This document shows positions 27,523 to 36,583 of a stretch of 64,000 nucleotides of DNA, in pieces. Numbering within the stretch: the first letter of the stretch is position 1; the number at the start of each line of letters is the position of its first letter. The notes under the pieces were generated by a model. It did no database searches, was not told where the DNA came from, and saw nothing but the letters and a program-made list of their open reading frames with translations. The position numbers and the translations under genes are program-made. Source of the DNA: Pseudomonadota bacterium (GTDB taxonomy: Bacteria; Pseudomonadota; Alphaproteobacteria; DSM-16000; Inquilinaceae); NCBI GenBank assembly GCA_039819285.1, contig JBCBSH010000001.1, positions 402 through 64,401 of the forward strand, written 5' to 3'.

Positions 27523-28422
27523 TCAGGCGGGCGCCGAGATCCCGACCATGCCACGGATGGCGCGCATCAAGCCACTCTCAGAATCCTTGAACGCGTCCAA
27601 GATCTCGAAATGGTTCACGTCGGGGCTGTCGACCACGACCAGCGGCAAGCCGCGCAAGCGCCAATCGGACGCAAAGTCGGCCTGTTGGCGCTGGAACTCG
27701 TCGGTCTCATTGCCGCCGACGGTCAAGATCAGTGGCCCGGATTGGGCCGGCATCACGTTGCGCGGGCTCAAGCGCGCCACCGCCTCCGGCGTCAGTCGCA
27801 GTACGTCGTTCTGATAAGACAGGCGCAGCGGCTCCAACTCGTAAAGACCGCTGACCGAACAGCCGCCCTTAACGATGTCGAAGGGCAGGCCCCGGCGGGG
27901 CCAATCGGTTGACAGCATCATCGCGGTCAAGTGGCCGCCTGCGGAATGGCCGCCGATATAGAGCCGCTTGCGGTCCAGCCGGTGGTCGCGCGCATGGTGA
28001 TGAACCCACTCCACGGCGCCGCGCACCTCTTCGACCAGGGCATCCAGGCTGACGTCCGGGCAGAGGTCGTAGCCGACCGAGGCGTAGGCGATGCCGTTGG
28101 CCACGAAGCCGGGTGCCGGGAACAGGGTGTAGTCCTTCGACAACGCCTGCCAATATCCGCCATGGATGAACAGCATGATCGGAAACGGGCCGTCGCCCTC
28201 CGGCACGAACAGGTCAAGCAGTTGCTTGTCGCCCGCGCCATAGCGAATGTCGCGCACCGGTGCCAATTGCCCCACGGCCGCCTCGCTGTCGGCTAGCCAT
28301 TGGTCAAAGAACGCCTGATGGGTCGGAACCTGGGCCCGCAGATTGTACTGGGCATCCAGCGCCTCTTGGTCGTAGGCGCCGAAGACCGGCTCGGCCGCCG
28401 ACTTTGCCTTACGTGAAGGCAT
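27523..28422 (-). CDS. Alpha/beta hydrolase (esterase or arylformamidase-like)
   Basis: It has the oxyanion HGGYW and the nucleophile elbow GGHSAGGHL. Confidence 0.7.
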   Translation of the reverse strand: MPSRKAKSAAEPVFGAYDQEALDAQYNLRAQVPTHQAFFDQWLADSEAAVGQLAPVRDIRYGAGDKQLLDLFVPEGDGPFPIMLFIHGGYWQALSKDYTLFPAPGFVANGIAYASVGYDLCPDVSLDALVEEVRGAVEWVHHHARDHRLDRKRLYIGGHSAGGHLTAMMLSTDWPRRGLPFDIVKGGCSVSGLYELEPLRLSYQNDVLRLTPEAVARLSPRNVMPAQSGPLILTVGGNETDEFQRQQADFASDWRLRGLPLVVVDSPDVNHFEILDAFKDSESGLMRAIRGMVGISAPA

Positions 28423-28651
28423 TGAAGGTGATGATCGTGTGAGTGTCGCGAATGTGCGGCAGGGTCTGGATCTGCTCGCCAACGAAGCGGCCGACATCCA
28501 TGTCGGCCGGCAGGTAGCATTTGATCAAGAGATCCCAATGGCCGGAGGTCGAGTAAACCTCCGACACTTGTTCCACCGTGTCCACGGCCTCGGCCGCGAC
28601 CTCATAGGTCCGGCCCAATTCGCATTTCACCTGAACGAAGATCGCGCGCAT
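28409..28651 (-). CDS. Stand-alone Lrp/AsnC ligand-binding (RAM) domain protein
   Basis: The 80-aa product reads MRAIFVQVKCELGRTYEVA...VSEVYSTSGHWDLLIKC. It overlaps the downstream hydrolase by 14 nt. Confidence 0.65.
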   Translation of the reverse strand: MRAIFVQVKCELGRTYEVAAEAVDTVEQVSEVYSTSGHWDLLIKCYLPADMDVGRFVGEQIQTLPHIRDTHTIITFNAFT

Positions 28652-28823
28652 CGGATGAGCGCCCCCCTGAGATACGGCGTGACTGACAGTCAACCTATCA
28701 AGCGCGCTGCCCGCCTGCCAGCCCGTTGGACGCCGGCGGTCTCGGAAGGCCAGAGAAAGCGCTTGGTTGGATGGGCGGTTGGCACCGGACATTGCACAAC
28801 CGCGTAGAAGTGTCATAAATATT

Positions 28824-28861
28824 TCTTGCAGAAATAACACAAAATGCAATATCTCTTGCAG
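28824..28861 (+). promoter_or_regulatory. AT-rich divergent promoter/operator region with repeated TCTTGCAG
   Basis: TCTTGCAG occurs at 28824 and 28854, 30 nt apart. The inverted repeat TGCAA-N6-TTGCA lies at 28845-28860. Confidence 0.35.
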
Positions 28862-28892
28862 TATCATGCATCGCATGAAGCAAGGAGGGCCT

Positions 28893-29729
28893 GTGTCCAT
28901 TCTGAACAAGATCCAAGGCGCGGCTGAAAACCTAACGCCATCGGAAACAAGGCTGGTTCAGTCGGTGGTGCAGAGCCCACGGGAATCCGCGCTCGGCACG
29001 GCGGCTGAGCTGGCGCAAAGCGCTGGCGTGCACGAGGCGACGGTCTCGAGGCTTGCCCGAAAGCTCGGCTTCGAGAGCTACGCCTCCTTCCGCCGCGCCA
29101 TGCGCGAGGAGTTCATACCGACGCGCGAACCGGCGACGCGCCTGCAGAAAACCCTCGGCAGTGCAACGCCTGGCTCCATCCTGGGCACTCTGGTCCGCCA
29201 GGAGATGGAGGCATTGGCGCGGGTCGAGGATTTCGTTGATCCGGACCAGATTACGGGCATCGCCGAGCGCCTGATGGCCGCGCGGCGCATCCATATTTTC
29301 GGACGCGGTAATGCCGAGACGCTGGCGATGCTGATGCACAAACGGTTCCAGCGCTTTGGTCGGGATGTGCACAGGCTGTCGGGCGATTCGCGCGAACTGG
29401 CCGAACAGGCGCTGGGCTTTGGTGAAGGCGACGTCTTGCTCGTGTTCGCGTTTCGGCGTGCGCCCAAGGTCTATGCGCCGCTGATCGACAGCGCCCGCCA
29501 GGCAGGTGTCTGGACGGCGGTCATATCGGGCACGCTCGGTCCCACCTTGTCGCCTGCGCCCGACGCCCTGCTGGCCGTGCCGCGGTCCGGCGAACCCGAC
29601 GCATTTCAGACGCTGACCGTGCCGATGACGCTGTGCAACGCCATCGTCATTGCCGCCGGAGCACTCGATGAGGGGCGGTCGCTGGAGACGCTGGACCGCC
29701 TCGGCGGGCTGATCGAACGGTTCGAATGA
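28893..29729 (+). CDS. MurR/RpiR family transcriptional regulator (HTH_6 + SIS)
   Basis: It contains LTPSETRLVQSVV...AELAQSAGVHEATVSRLARKLGF followed by a SIS domain. The GTG at 28893 is preceded by AAGGAGG, and the ORF is open upstream. Confidence 0.8.
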   Translation: MSILNKIQGAAENLTPSETRLVQSVVQSPRESALGTAAELAQSAGVHEATVSRLARKLGFESYASFRRAMREEFIPTREPATRLQKTLGSATPGSILGTLVRQEMEALARVEDFVDPDQITGIAERLMAARRIHIFGRGNAETLAMLMHKRFQRFGRDVHRLSGDSRELAEQALGFGEGDVLLVFAFRRAPKVYAPLIDSARQAGVWTAVISGTLGPTLSPAPDALLAVPRSGEPDAFQTLTVPMTLCNAIVIAAGALDEGRSLETLDRLGGLIERFE

Positions 29730-29760
29730 CACTGAAAACGCAAACCAAAGGAGGAAACCC

Positions 29761-30879
29761 ATGAGGGGGTCTTACGTTGCGTACGCTTTCGCGCTTGGCC
29801 TGGTGATTGCCCCGCCGGCGATGGCGCAAAACCTGGACGACATGTCGGCGGACGAGTTGCTGCCGATTGCGGAGGAAGAGGGGACGGTCACGGTCTACTC
29901 CTTCACCAGCCGGATCGCCCGGGTGGAGGACGCCTTCGAACAGGCCTATCCGAATATCGACCTGCAAGGCTACGACATTTCCTCGACGGAGCAGATTGCC
30001 CGCTTGCAGGCGGAGGCCACGGCCGGCGTCGCGAACGCGGACGTGGTCTACATCTCCGATACGCCGGTTGTCCTGACTGAGCTGTTGGCCGAGGGCATCA
30101 TCGAGCCCTACGTGCCGCCGCGCGTGCAGGACCTTGTGCTGGAGCAGTATCGCGCGCCGCTCCTGGCCCAGCGGCTGTCGACCAAGGTGTTGATGTACAA
30201 TGAAGAGGCCAACCCCGACGGCTCGCCGATCACCAATCTGTGGCAGTTGACGACGCCGGAATGGACTGGGCGCGTCGTGATGGTCGATCCGCTCCAGCGC
30301 GGCGACTATTTGGATCTGATGACGGAAATCGTGCTTCAGTCCGATGCCATGGCGGGGGCGTACGAGGCTGAGTTCGGCTCGCCGATCGACCTCGGCGACG
30401 CCAGCAGCGCGGGCGAGCGGTTCATCATGGATCTGTTTGACAACGACGTCATTCTGGTGCGCTCGACGGACGATGTGAACGCTGCCGTGGGCCAGCTTGG
30501 CCAGGACAATCCGCCGGTCGGCTTCACCAGCTATTCCGATCGCCGCGACAATGAGGAGGAGGGCTGGGCGCTTCAGGTGGCCAACGAGGCCACGCCGGCC
30601 CCGGGCATCATCTTCCCTGCCGTCGTTGCCTTGGCCAGTGGGGCGGAAAACCCCGCTGCCGCGCGCCTGGTGATCGACTTCCTGATGGGCGACGACAGCG
30701 ACACGGGCGGGCCGGGCTTTGCCCCGTTCTACGTGCCCGGCGACTACGCGACCCGCACCGACATCACGCCCCATCCGGATGCCGTGCCGCTTGACGAGTT
30801 CACCGCTTGGCGCATCGATCCGAACGCAACCGCCAGCATCCGTGCGGATGTGGCGGACCTGATCCTGGTCCTGCAATAG
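29761..30879 (+). CDS. ABC transporter periplasmic substrate-binding protein (Fe3+/thiamine/polyamine-type fold)
   Basis: It has the signal peptide ...VIAPPAMA|QN and a VTVYSF...ADVVYISD pattern like FbpA/ThiB-class binding proteins. Confidence 0.7.
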   Translation: MRGSYVAYAFALGLVIAPPAMAQNLDDMSADELLPIAEEEGTVTVYSFTSRIARVEDAFEQAYPNIDLQGYDISSTEQIARLQAEATAGVANADVVYISDTPVVLTELLAEGIIEPYVPPRVQDLVLEQYRAPLLAQRLSTKVLMYNEEANPDGSPITNLWQLTTPEWTGRVVMVDPLQRGDYLDLMTEIVLQSDAMAGAYEAEFGSPIDLGDASSAGERFIMDLFDNDVILVRSTDDVNAAVGQLGQDNPPVGFTSYSDRRDNEEEGWALQVANEATPAPGIIFPAVVALASGAENPAAARLVIDFLMGDDSDTGGPGFAPFYVPGDYATRTDITPHPDAVPLDEFTAWRIDPNATASIRADVADLILVLQ

Positions 30880-30973
30880 CCGCCCGCATTTAGCGCCGGT
30901 TCTGAGCCGTCGCCCCTTCGGGCGGCGGCCGGCCGGCTGTTAGGCTATCCTTGGGCAACAGAGACTTGCGCGA

Positions 30974-32710
30974 ATGACGACTGTCATGACCGGACGCCGT
31001 GTGCTGTTTCGGCAGGGAACCGTCTTGAAGACGATCGTGCTTGCGCTGCTGGTCGTCTTGATCGTGCTGCCCTTGATCCGCACGGTTCTGGTCACGCTGC
31101 AGCCGGACGCGATCGATGCTTGGTCCGACGTGCTGGTCGGGCGGCTGTCGCACAATCTCTTCTACCGCCCGCTGGTCAATACCCTGATCCTCGGCGTCGG
31201 TGTTTCCGTCGGCTGTGTCTTGATCGGCGGCTATCTCGCTTGGCTGGTCGTCATGACCAACATGCCGCTCAGGCGCACGATCGGGGTAATGGCGACACTG
31301 CCGTTCATGATCCCCAGCTTTGCCACCGCACTGGCCTGGGGCACGCTGTTCCGTAACGACCGGGTTGGGGGTCAGGTCGGTTTCATCCAAGGGCTCGGCG
31401 TCGACGTGCCGGATGTGCTGGCCTGGGGCATGCTGCCCAGCCTGATCGTTCTCACGCTGCACTACTCGTCGTTGGCCTTCACGGTGATCGCCGCGGCGCT
31501 GGCGACGGTGAACTCAGATCTTGTGGAGGCCGCCCAACTCGCGGGCGCCAAGGGGATCAGGGTCGTTCTCGGCATCATCCTGCCTGTCACGACGCCGGCC
31601 CTGGTTTCCGCCGCCTCGCTCTGCTTCGCCGGCGCCGTGTCCAACTTCGCCACGCCGGCGCTGCTGGGCTTGCCGGTGCGCATGCAGACACTGTCGACCC
31701 GCCTGTTCGGCATGATCGAGGTCGGCCAGACGGCGCGCGGCTACGTGATCGGCATCATGCTGGTGCTGGTCTCCGCGCTGTTTCTGTGGCTCGGCAATCG
31801 GGTGATTTCTGGCCGGCGATCCTATGCCACCATCACGGGCAAGGGCGGCAGGGCGAAGCGTTTCGATCTGCGGGGCGCCAAATGGCCGCTGTTTGGCATC
31901 GCGGCTGTGATCCTGCTTGTGGCCACGGTCGTGCCGATCGTGGTGCTGGTCGCCTCCAGCTTCGCGCCGTCGTCGGCCCAGCTTTTCGGCAATTGGACCA
32001 GCCATTACTGGCTCGGCCAGTCGAGCCCGACGATCGCGCAAGGCACGCCCGGCATCGTCTACAATCCGGACATCGTGCGGGCGTTGATCGTGACCCTTGG
32101 CCTAGGCTGCGCGGTCGCGGTGGCGGGCATGGCCGTCGGCCTCTTGTCCGCCTACACCGTGGCGCGCCATCGCACCGGTTGGGCCAGCGCCACGATCACG
32201 CAAGTCAGCTTTCTGCCCTTGCTGGTGCCAGGCATCGCCTTCGGTGCCGCCTACATTGCCTATCTGGGTGCGCCGATCGGTCCCTTGCCGGCGCTCTACG
32301 GCACCTTCGCCTTGCTGGTGATCGCGGCGACGGCCTACCTGCTGCCGTTCGCCGTGCAAACCGGCCGCGCCGTCATCCAACAGGTCAGTGGTGAGTTGGA
32401 GGAAAGCGCCAGGCTCACCGGCGCCAGCTTCCTGCGCCGGTTGGCGGAGATCACGGTGCCGTTGGCGATCCGCGGCCTTGTCGCCGGCGGTCTTCTCGTG
32501 TTCGTGAAGATCGTTCGCGACCTGTCGCTGGTCGTGCTGCTGTTCACGCCGACCATGCCCGTCCTGTCGGTGCTGGCCTATCGCTACGCCTCGGAGGGCT
32601 TCACCCAATTCGCCAACGCCGTCGCCGTGGTCATTCTGGCCCTGTCGATCGCGATGACCTTGATCGCGCAGCGCCTGCAGGCGAAGTCTCAACCCTGGCT
32701 GAAGAACTGA
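30974..32710 (+). CDS. ABC transporter permease, fused two-domain (FbpB/ThiP-like)
   Basis: The 578-aa protein has about 12 TM segments and two EAA-like loops (LVEAAQLAGAKG and LEESARLTGAS). Confidence 0.8.
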   Translation: MTTVMTGRRVLFRQGTVLKTIVLALLVVLIVLPLIRTVLVTLQPDAIDAWSDVLVGRLSHNLFYRPLVNTLILGVGVSVGCVLIGGYLAWLVVMTNMPLRRTIGVMATLPFMIPSFATALAWGTLFRNDRVGGQVGFIQGLGVDVPDVLAWGMLPSLIVLTLHYSSLAFTVIAAALATVNSDLVEAAQLAGAKGIRVVLGIILPVTTPALVSAASLCFAGAVSNFATPALLGLPVRMQTLSTRLFGMIEVGQTARGYVIGIMLVLVSALFLWLGNRVISGRRSYATITGKGGRAKRFDLRGAKWPLFGIAAVILLVATVVPIVVLVASSFAPSSAQLFGNWTSHYWLGQSSPTIAQGTPGIVYNPDIVRALIVTLGLGCAVAVAGMAVGLLSAYTVARHRTGWASATITQVSFLPLLVPGIAFGAAYIAYLGAPIGPLPALYGTFALLVIAATAYLLPFAVQTGRAVIQQVSGELEESARLTGASFLRRLAEITVPLAIRGLVAGGLLVFVKIVRDLSLVVLLFTPTMPVLSVLAYRYASEGFTQFANAVAVVILALSIAMTLIAQRLQAKSQPWLKN

Positions 32711-32714
32711 ACCG

Positions 32715-33797
32715 ATGTTGGAACTGCGCAACCTTTCGAAAAGCTTCGGGGATTTCCAGGCGGTCAAGAGCGTCTCGCTGTCCGTTCCCGATGGCGCCTT
32801 TCTGACCCTGTTGGGCCCCTCGGGCTGTGGCAAGACCACCTTGCTGCGCATGCTGGCCGGTTTGGAACTGGCCAGCCAAGGGCAGATCGTGTTCGACGGG
32901 CAATTGGTGTCGGACGGCGACAAGAGCTGGAGCGTCGACCCCGCCAAACGCAACTCCGGCTTGGTCTTTCAATCCTACGCCCTGTGGCCGCACATGTCGG
33001 TACGCGGCAACGTCGAATGGCCGTTGAAGGTCGCCCGGGTCGACAAGACTGTTCGGGACCAGCGCGTGGCCGAGGTTCTGGCGCTGTTGAACATTGCCGA
33101 GCTCGCCGACCGGTATCCCAACGAGATCTCGGGCGGTCAGCAGCAGCGGGTGGCCATAGCCCGCACCATCGCACCGAGACCGAAGGTGCTGCTGTTCGAT
33201 GAACCGTTGTCCAATTTGGATGCCAAGCTGCGCGTCGAGATGCGGACGGAGTTGATGCGCCTGCACCGAGCAACCGGCGCCACGACCGTCTATGTCACCC
33301 ACGACCAGATCGAAGCAATGACCATGGCCAGCCATATAGCGGTGATGAAGGATGGCAGGGTGGAGCAGTTCGGCCAGCCCGACGATCTGATCCGCGTGCC
33401 GGAAACGGCCTTCGTCGCCACCTTTGTTGGCACGCCGCCGAACAATTTGGTCTCGGTCAGCCCCGGCCCGGACGGTCCGGTTGTGCGCGGCCGGCCGATC
33501 AGCTTGCGGCCCCCTGTCGAGGGACCGTGTTTTGCGATGTTCCGTCCCGAAGCAATACGCCTCGACGACCAAAACCTAGATCGAACTCTGACCATGGAGT
33601 TGGTCGAGGCCAGCCGCATTGCGGGGCGTACGATGGTGACGATGGTCGATGGCGACATGCGGTTGACGGCGATCGTCGATCAGCCGCCAACTGTGGAGAT
33701 TGGCGGCAGTGTGCGCGTTCTGCTGCCGGAACGGCCCACCTGTTGGTTTGACGACACGGGCCGGCGGGTGGGAACCGATAGGGCCGAGGCTTGCTGA
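32715..33797 (+). CDS. ABC transporter ATP-binding protein
   Basis: It has Walker A GPSGCGKTT, signature ISGGQQQRVAIAR, Walker B LLFDEP and a C-terminal TOBE-like region. Confidence 0.9.
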   Translation: MLELRNLSKSFGDFQAVKSVSLSVPDGAFLTLLGPSGCGKTTLLRMLAGLELASQGQIVFDGQLVSDGDKSWSVDPAKRNSGLVFQSYALWPHMSVRGNVEWPLKVARVDKTVRDQRVAEVLALLNIAELADRYPNEISGGQQQRVAIARTIAPRPKVLLFDEPLSNLDAKLRVEMRTELMRLHRATGATTVYVTHDQIEAMTMASHIAVMKDGRVEQFGQPDDLIRVPETAFVATFVGTPPNNLVSVSPGPDGPVVRGRPISLRPPVEGPCFAMFRPEAIRLDDQNLDRTLTMELVEASRIAGRTMVTMVDGDMRLTAIVDQPPTVEIGGSVRVLLPERPTCWFDDTGRRVGTDRAEAC

Positions 33798-34405
33798 TGC
33801 GCCTGTTGCTGGTCCGTCACGGCCAATCTGAATGGAATGCCTCGCGGCGTCTCCAAGGACAGGCTGATGTCGCCCTTTCCGAGGAGGGGAGGCGGCAGGC
33901 CGATGCGCTGCGTCCCACGATCGAGGCGATTGCGCCCGACCGAGCCATCTCGTCTGATTTGGCCCGTGTCCGAGAAACCGCCGAACGCATCGGCGCAAAG
34001 CAGGCGACATTTACGTCCGACCTGCGCGAAATTGATGTCGGCGACTGGACTGGCAAAGCCATTGACGCGATCAGTTCGGCCGATCCTGAGGCGTATGCCG
34101 GCTGGCGTGCCGGAACCCACGCCCCGCCGGGTGGCGAGGATTGGTCGAGCTTTGTCGCGCGGGTCGGCGCGGTTATCGAGCGCGAACAGACCACTGGACC
34201 GGGTGAGACGCTGCTGGTCGTCTGCCACGGTGGGGTCATCCGGGCCCTGATACAGCACCTGCTCGGGCTGCCGCCCGCCCGGATCATTCCAGTCGCGCCG
34301 GCCAGCCTGACCTTGCTGCAGCTCGATAAGGCCGGCGGGCAAAACGGTCGTCTTGAACTGTTCAATTACCGCCCTGGAAATCTCGACTTCGAAGCGCCCG
34401 ACTGA
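33797..34405 (+). CDS. Histidine phosphatase (phosphoglycerate mutase) family protein
   Basis: It contains LLLVRHGQSEWN (RHG motif) and a later CHGGVIRAL. Its ATG overlaps the preceding TGA (TGATG). Confidence 0.8.
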   Translation: MRLLLVRHGQSEWNASRRLQGQADVALSEEGRRQADALRPTIEAIAPDRAISSDLARVRETAERIGAKQATFTSDLREIDVGDWTGKAIDAISSADPEAYAGWRAGTHAPPGGEDWSSFVARVGAVIEREQTTGPGETLLVVCHGGVIRALIQHLLGLPPARIIPVAPASLTLLQLDKAGGQNGRLELFNYRPGNLDFEAPD

Positions 34406-34436
34406 GGGCGTTCACGCCCTGTTTCGCTCAGGCGCC

Positions 34437-34820
34437 CTAAGCATCACCGGCAATCGCGATGCACTCGATCTCGACCCGCCCGCCGAGTGCCAGACCGTTC
34501 GCACCGAAGGCGCTGCGCGCCGGGTAGGGGCGGGTGAAGTAGCTGGCGTAGATTTCGTTGAACGCCGGCCAGTCCGCCATATCCGCCAACATGACCGTGC
34601 ATTTCGCGATATGGCCCATGCTAAGCCCATGCGCCTCCAGCGTGGTCTTGATGTTCTCCATTGTCTGCCGCGCCTCGGCCTCGATGCCGCCTGCGACCAG
34701 TTCCATGCGCCCGGGCACGATGCCCATCTGGCCCGACAGATAGATCGTATCGCCCACGCGCACGGCCTCGGAGAAGGGCAATGTGTCAGGCAGAAGGGTG
34801 CCGGAGTTCAGGAATTCCAT
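34437..34820 (-). CDS. RidA family protein
   Basis: It shows the YjgF/RidA pattern FSEAVRVGDTIYLSGQ...ARSAFGANGLALGGRVEIECIA. Confidence 0.8.
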   Translation of the reverse strand: MEFLNSGTLLPDTLPFSEAVRVGDTIYLSGQMGIVPGRMELVAGGIEAEARQTMENIKTTLEAHGLSMGHIAKCTVMLADMADWPAFNEIYASYFTRPYPARSAFGANGLALGGRVEIECIAIAGDA

Positions 34821-34980
34821 CGATCGGGGTCTCGCGTGTCGCAATGGGTTTGTCGGCGCTGGCGCGGACCTTACAACAGTGTGGGCGTTTTCGGTGCCCT
34901 GTATTGGCGTTGCCTGACCGGTCCATTGGGCCGCCCCAGGCCGTGACCAATCGAACGAAAGAAGTCTCTCCGGCTCGCGT

Positions 34981-35757
34981 TCAGATCAGCTTGTCATGAA
35001 TGTGGGCTCTGTCGCTCCGGTAGATATCGACATCGCCGCGTCGCAAAACGCGACGTTGCGCCGGGTCTCCCGCAGCGGCCCGGCTTGTGATGAAATCGAT
35101 GAGGGCGTCGAGTCGTTGAACCGCCATGTGCAGGACCGGCCTCGGCGTCTCGATGCCGCCATAAGCCGCGCAAAACAGCGTCAATCGGCGCCGTTGGGTC
35201 TGGGTATCGCTGATCGGCGTGTCCGGATTGTCCGGTGCGGTCAGCGGCACGAAGCGATAGGCGGCGTAAGCAACGTCCCACAGGCGCGGACCCGGCGAAG
35301 CGGTATCAAAGTCAATGACGCCGGCGGGGCGTCGATCTCGGAAGACGATGTTGTAGGGCGCGAAATCGTTGTGACAGATCACCTCGGCCGGCTGGCGTGG
35401 GGCCAATTGCCACACGGTGGCCGATGGAGCGGTGAACCCCACCGTACTGTCGTGATAGCGCCGCAACAGGGTTGCGATCTCTGTTAGCAGGCGATCGTGC
35501 CAGGCCCAGCCGGGCAGTGGATAGTGGCCGGCGTCGCCCTCAAGATAGCTCACGATTTCGCGCCCCTGGGCATCGAAGCCGATGGGATCTGGGGCAAGTT
35601 GGAAGCCGTTTCGTCGGACATGCCTCAGCAGAGCGTGGATCGTCGGCGTCCACGGCCCGGCCTGGCGGCGCACCGTTGACCCGACGCGAACGACCGGCGT
35701 GGTGTTGCCGCCTTTCAGGGGACACTCAGTGTCGCCGGCGCCAGTCATCGGTCCCAT
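34981..35757 (-). CDS. Aminoglycoside/small-molecule phosphotransferase (APH) family kinase
   Basis: It has the Brenner motif CHNDFAPYNIVF and GVIDFD. The start is uncertain (ATG at 35757 or 35748). Confidence 0.7.
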   Translation of the reverse strand: MGPMTGAGDTECPLKGGNTTPVVRVGSTVRRQAGPWTPTIHALLRHVRRNGFQLAPDPIGFDAQGREIVSYLEGDAGHYPLPGWAWHDRLLTEIATLLRRYHDSTVGFTAPSATVWQLAPRQPAEVICHNDFAPYNIVFRDRRPAGVIDFDTASPGPRLWDVAYAAYRFVPLTAPDNPDTPISDTQTQRRRLTLFCAAYGGIETPRPVLHMAVQRLDALIDFITSRAAAGDPAQRRVLRRGDVDIYRSDRAHIHDKLI

Positions 35758-35926
35758 CTGCTGCCGTTTCGAACCCGAATGAGCGCAGGCAGGTTGCGTC
35801 GTCGAAGCGGAGGCATATCCTCTTGGCCATTCTATGTTTTTGTCGACTTCGAAACGGGATGATTGTGGCTTATCGCACGCCGAAACCGCTTGCTGCCAGG
35901 GTAACCGGCTTGATTGAGGTCTGATC

Positions 35927-36583
35927 GTGCTGCTCGACGTGCAGAACGTCCACAAAACCTACCCGACCGAGGAGGGCGACCTGGCCGTCCTGCGCGGCGT
36001 GTCCCTGGGTTTGGATGAAGGGCAGAGCCTGGCGCTGACCGGTGAATCCGGATCGGGCAAGAGCACGCTGTTGCATCTGGTGGCCGGCTTGGACCGGCCG
36101 ACATCCGGGCACATCGTGCTTGAGGGCCAAGACCTGACGACCCTCGACGATCGCGGGCGGGCTTCGTTGCGGCGCGGATCGGTCGGCCTGGTCTTTCAGC
36201 AGTTCAATCTGATCCCGTCGCTGACCGTCGCCCAAAACCTGGCCTTCCACGCACGACTGGCCGATCGCCACGACAAGGATTGGACAGGTCTGCTGGCCGA
36301 TCGCCTCGGCCTGTCGGGGCATTTGGCGCGATATCCGGAACACCTTTCCGGCGGGCAGCAGCAGCGCGTCGCCATCGGCCGAACGTTGGCCGCACGGCCC
36401 CGGCTCGTGCTGGCCGACGAACCGACCGGCAATCTGGATGAGGACAGCGGCGACCGGGTCCTGGACCTGATGCTGGACCTGGTCGCTGAGGCCGGCGCCG
36501 CCTTGTTGATGGTGACCCACTCAAGGCGCCTCGCCGCGCGATTGGACCGACAGCTCACCCTGGAACATGGACGCATCGCATGA
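35927..36583 (+). CDS. ABC transporter ATP-binding protein (LolD/MacB/AttF-like)
   Basis: It has Walker A GESGSGKST, LSGGQQQRVAIGR and VLADEPTGNLD. Confidence 0.88.
   Translation: MLLDVQNVHKTYPTEEGDLAVLRGVSLGLDEGQSLALTGESGSGKSTLLHLVAGLDRPTSGHIVLEGQDLTTLDDRGRASLRRGSVGLVFQQFNLIPSLTVAQNLAFHARLADRHDKDWTGLLADRLGLSGHLARYPEHLSGGQQQRVAIGRTLAARPRLVLADEPTGNLDEDSGDRVLDLMLDLVAEAGAALLMVTHSRRLAARLDRQLTLEHGRIA

Noticed and set aside
26639-27814. A 391-aa plus-strand ORF running from the end of the orphan gene through the SLT gene.
   Set aside because: It crosses a terminator hairpin and two genes on the opposite strand, and it has no motif.
28780-28796. A sigma-54-like element, TGGCAC-CGGACA-TTGCA, upstream of the RpiR gene.
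   Set aside because: The GG-to-GC spacing is one nt longer than the strict -24/-12 consensus (TGGCAC-N5-TTGC). No enhancer-binding protein is nearby.
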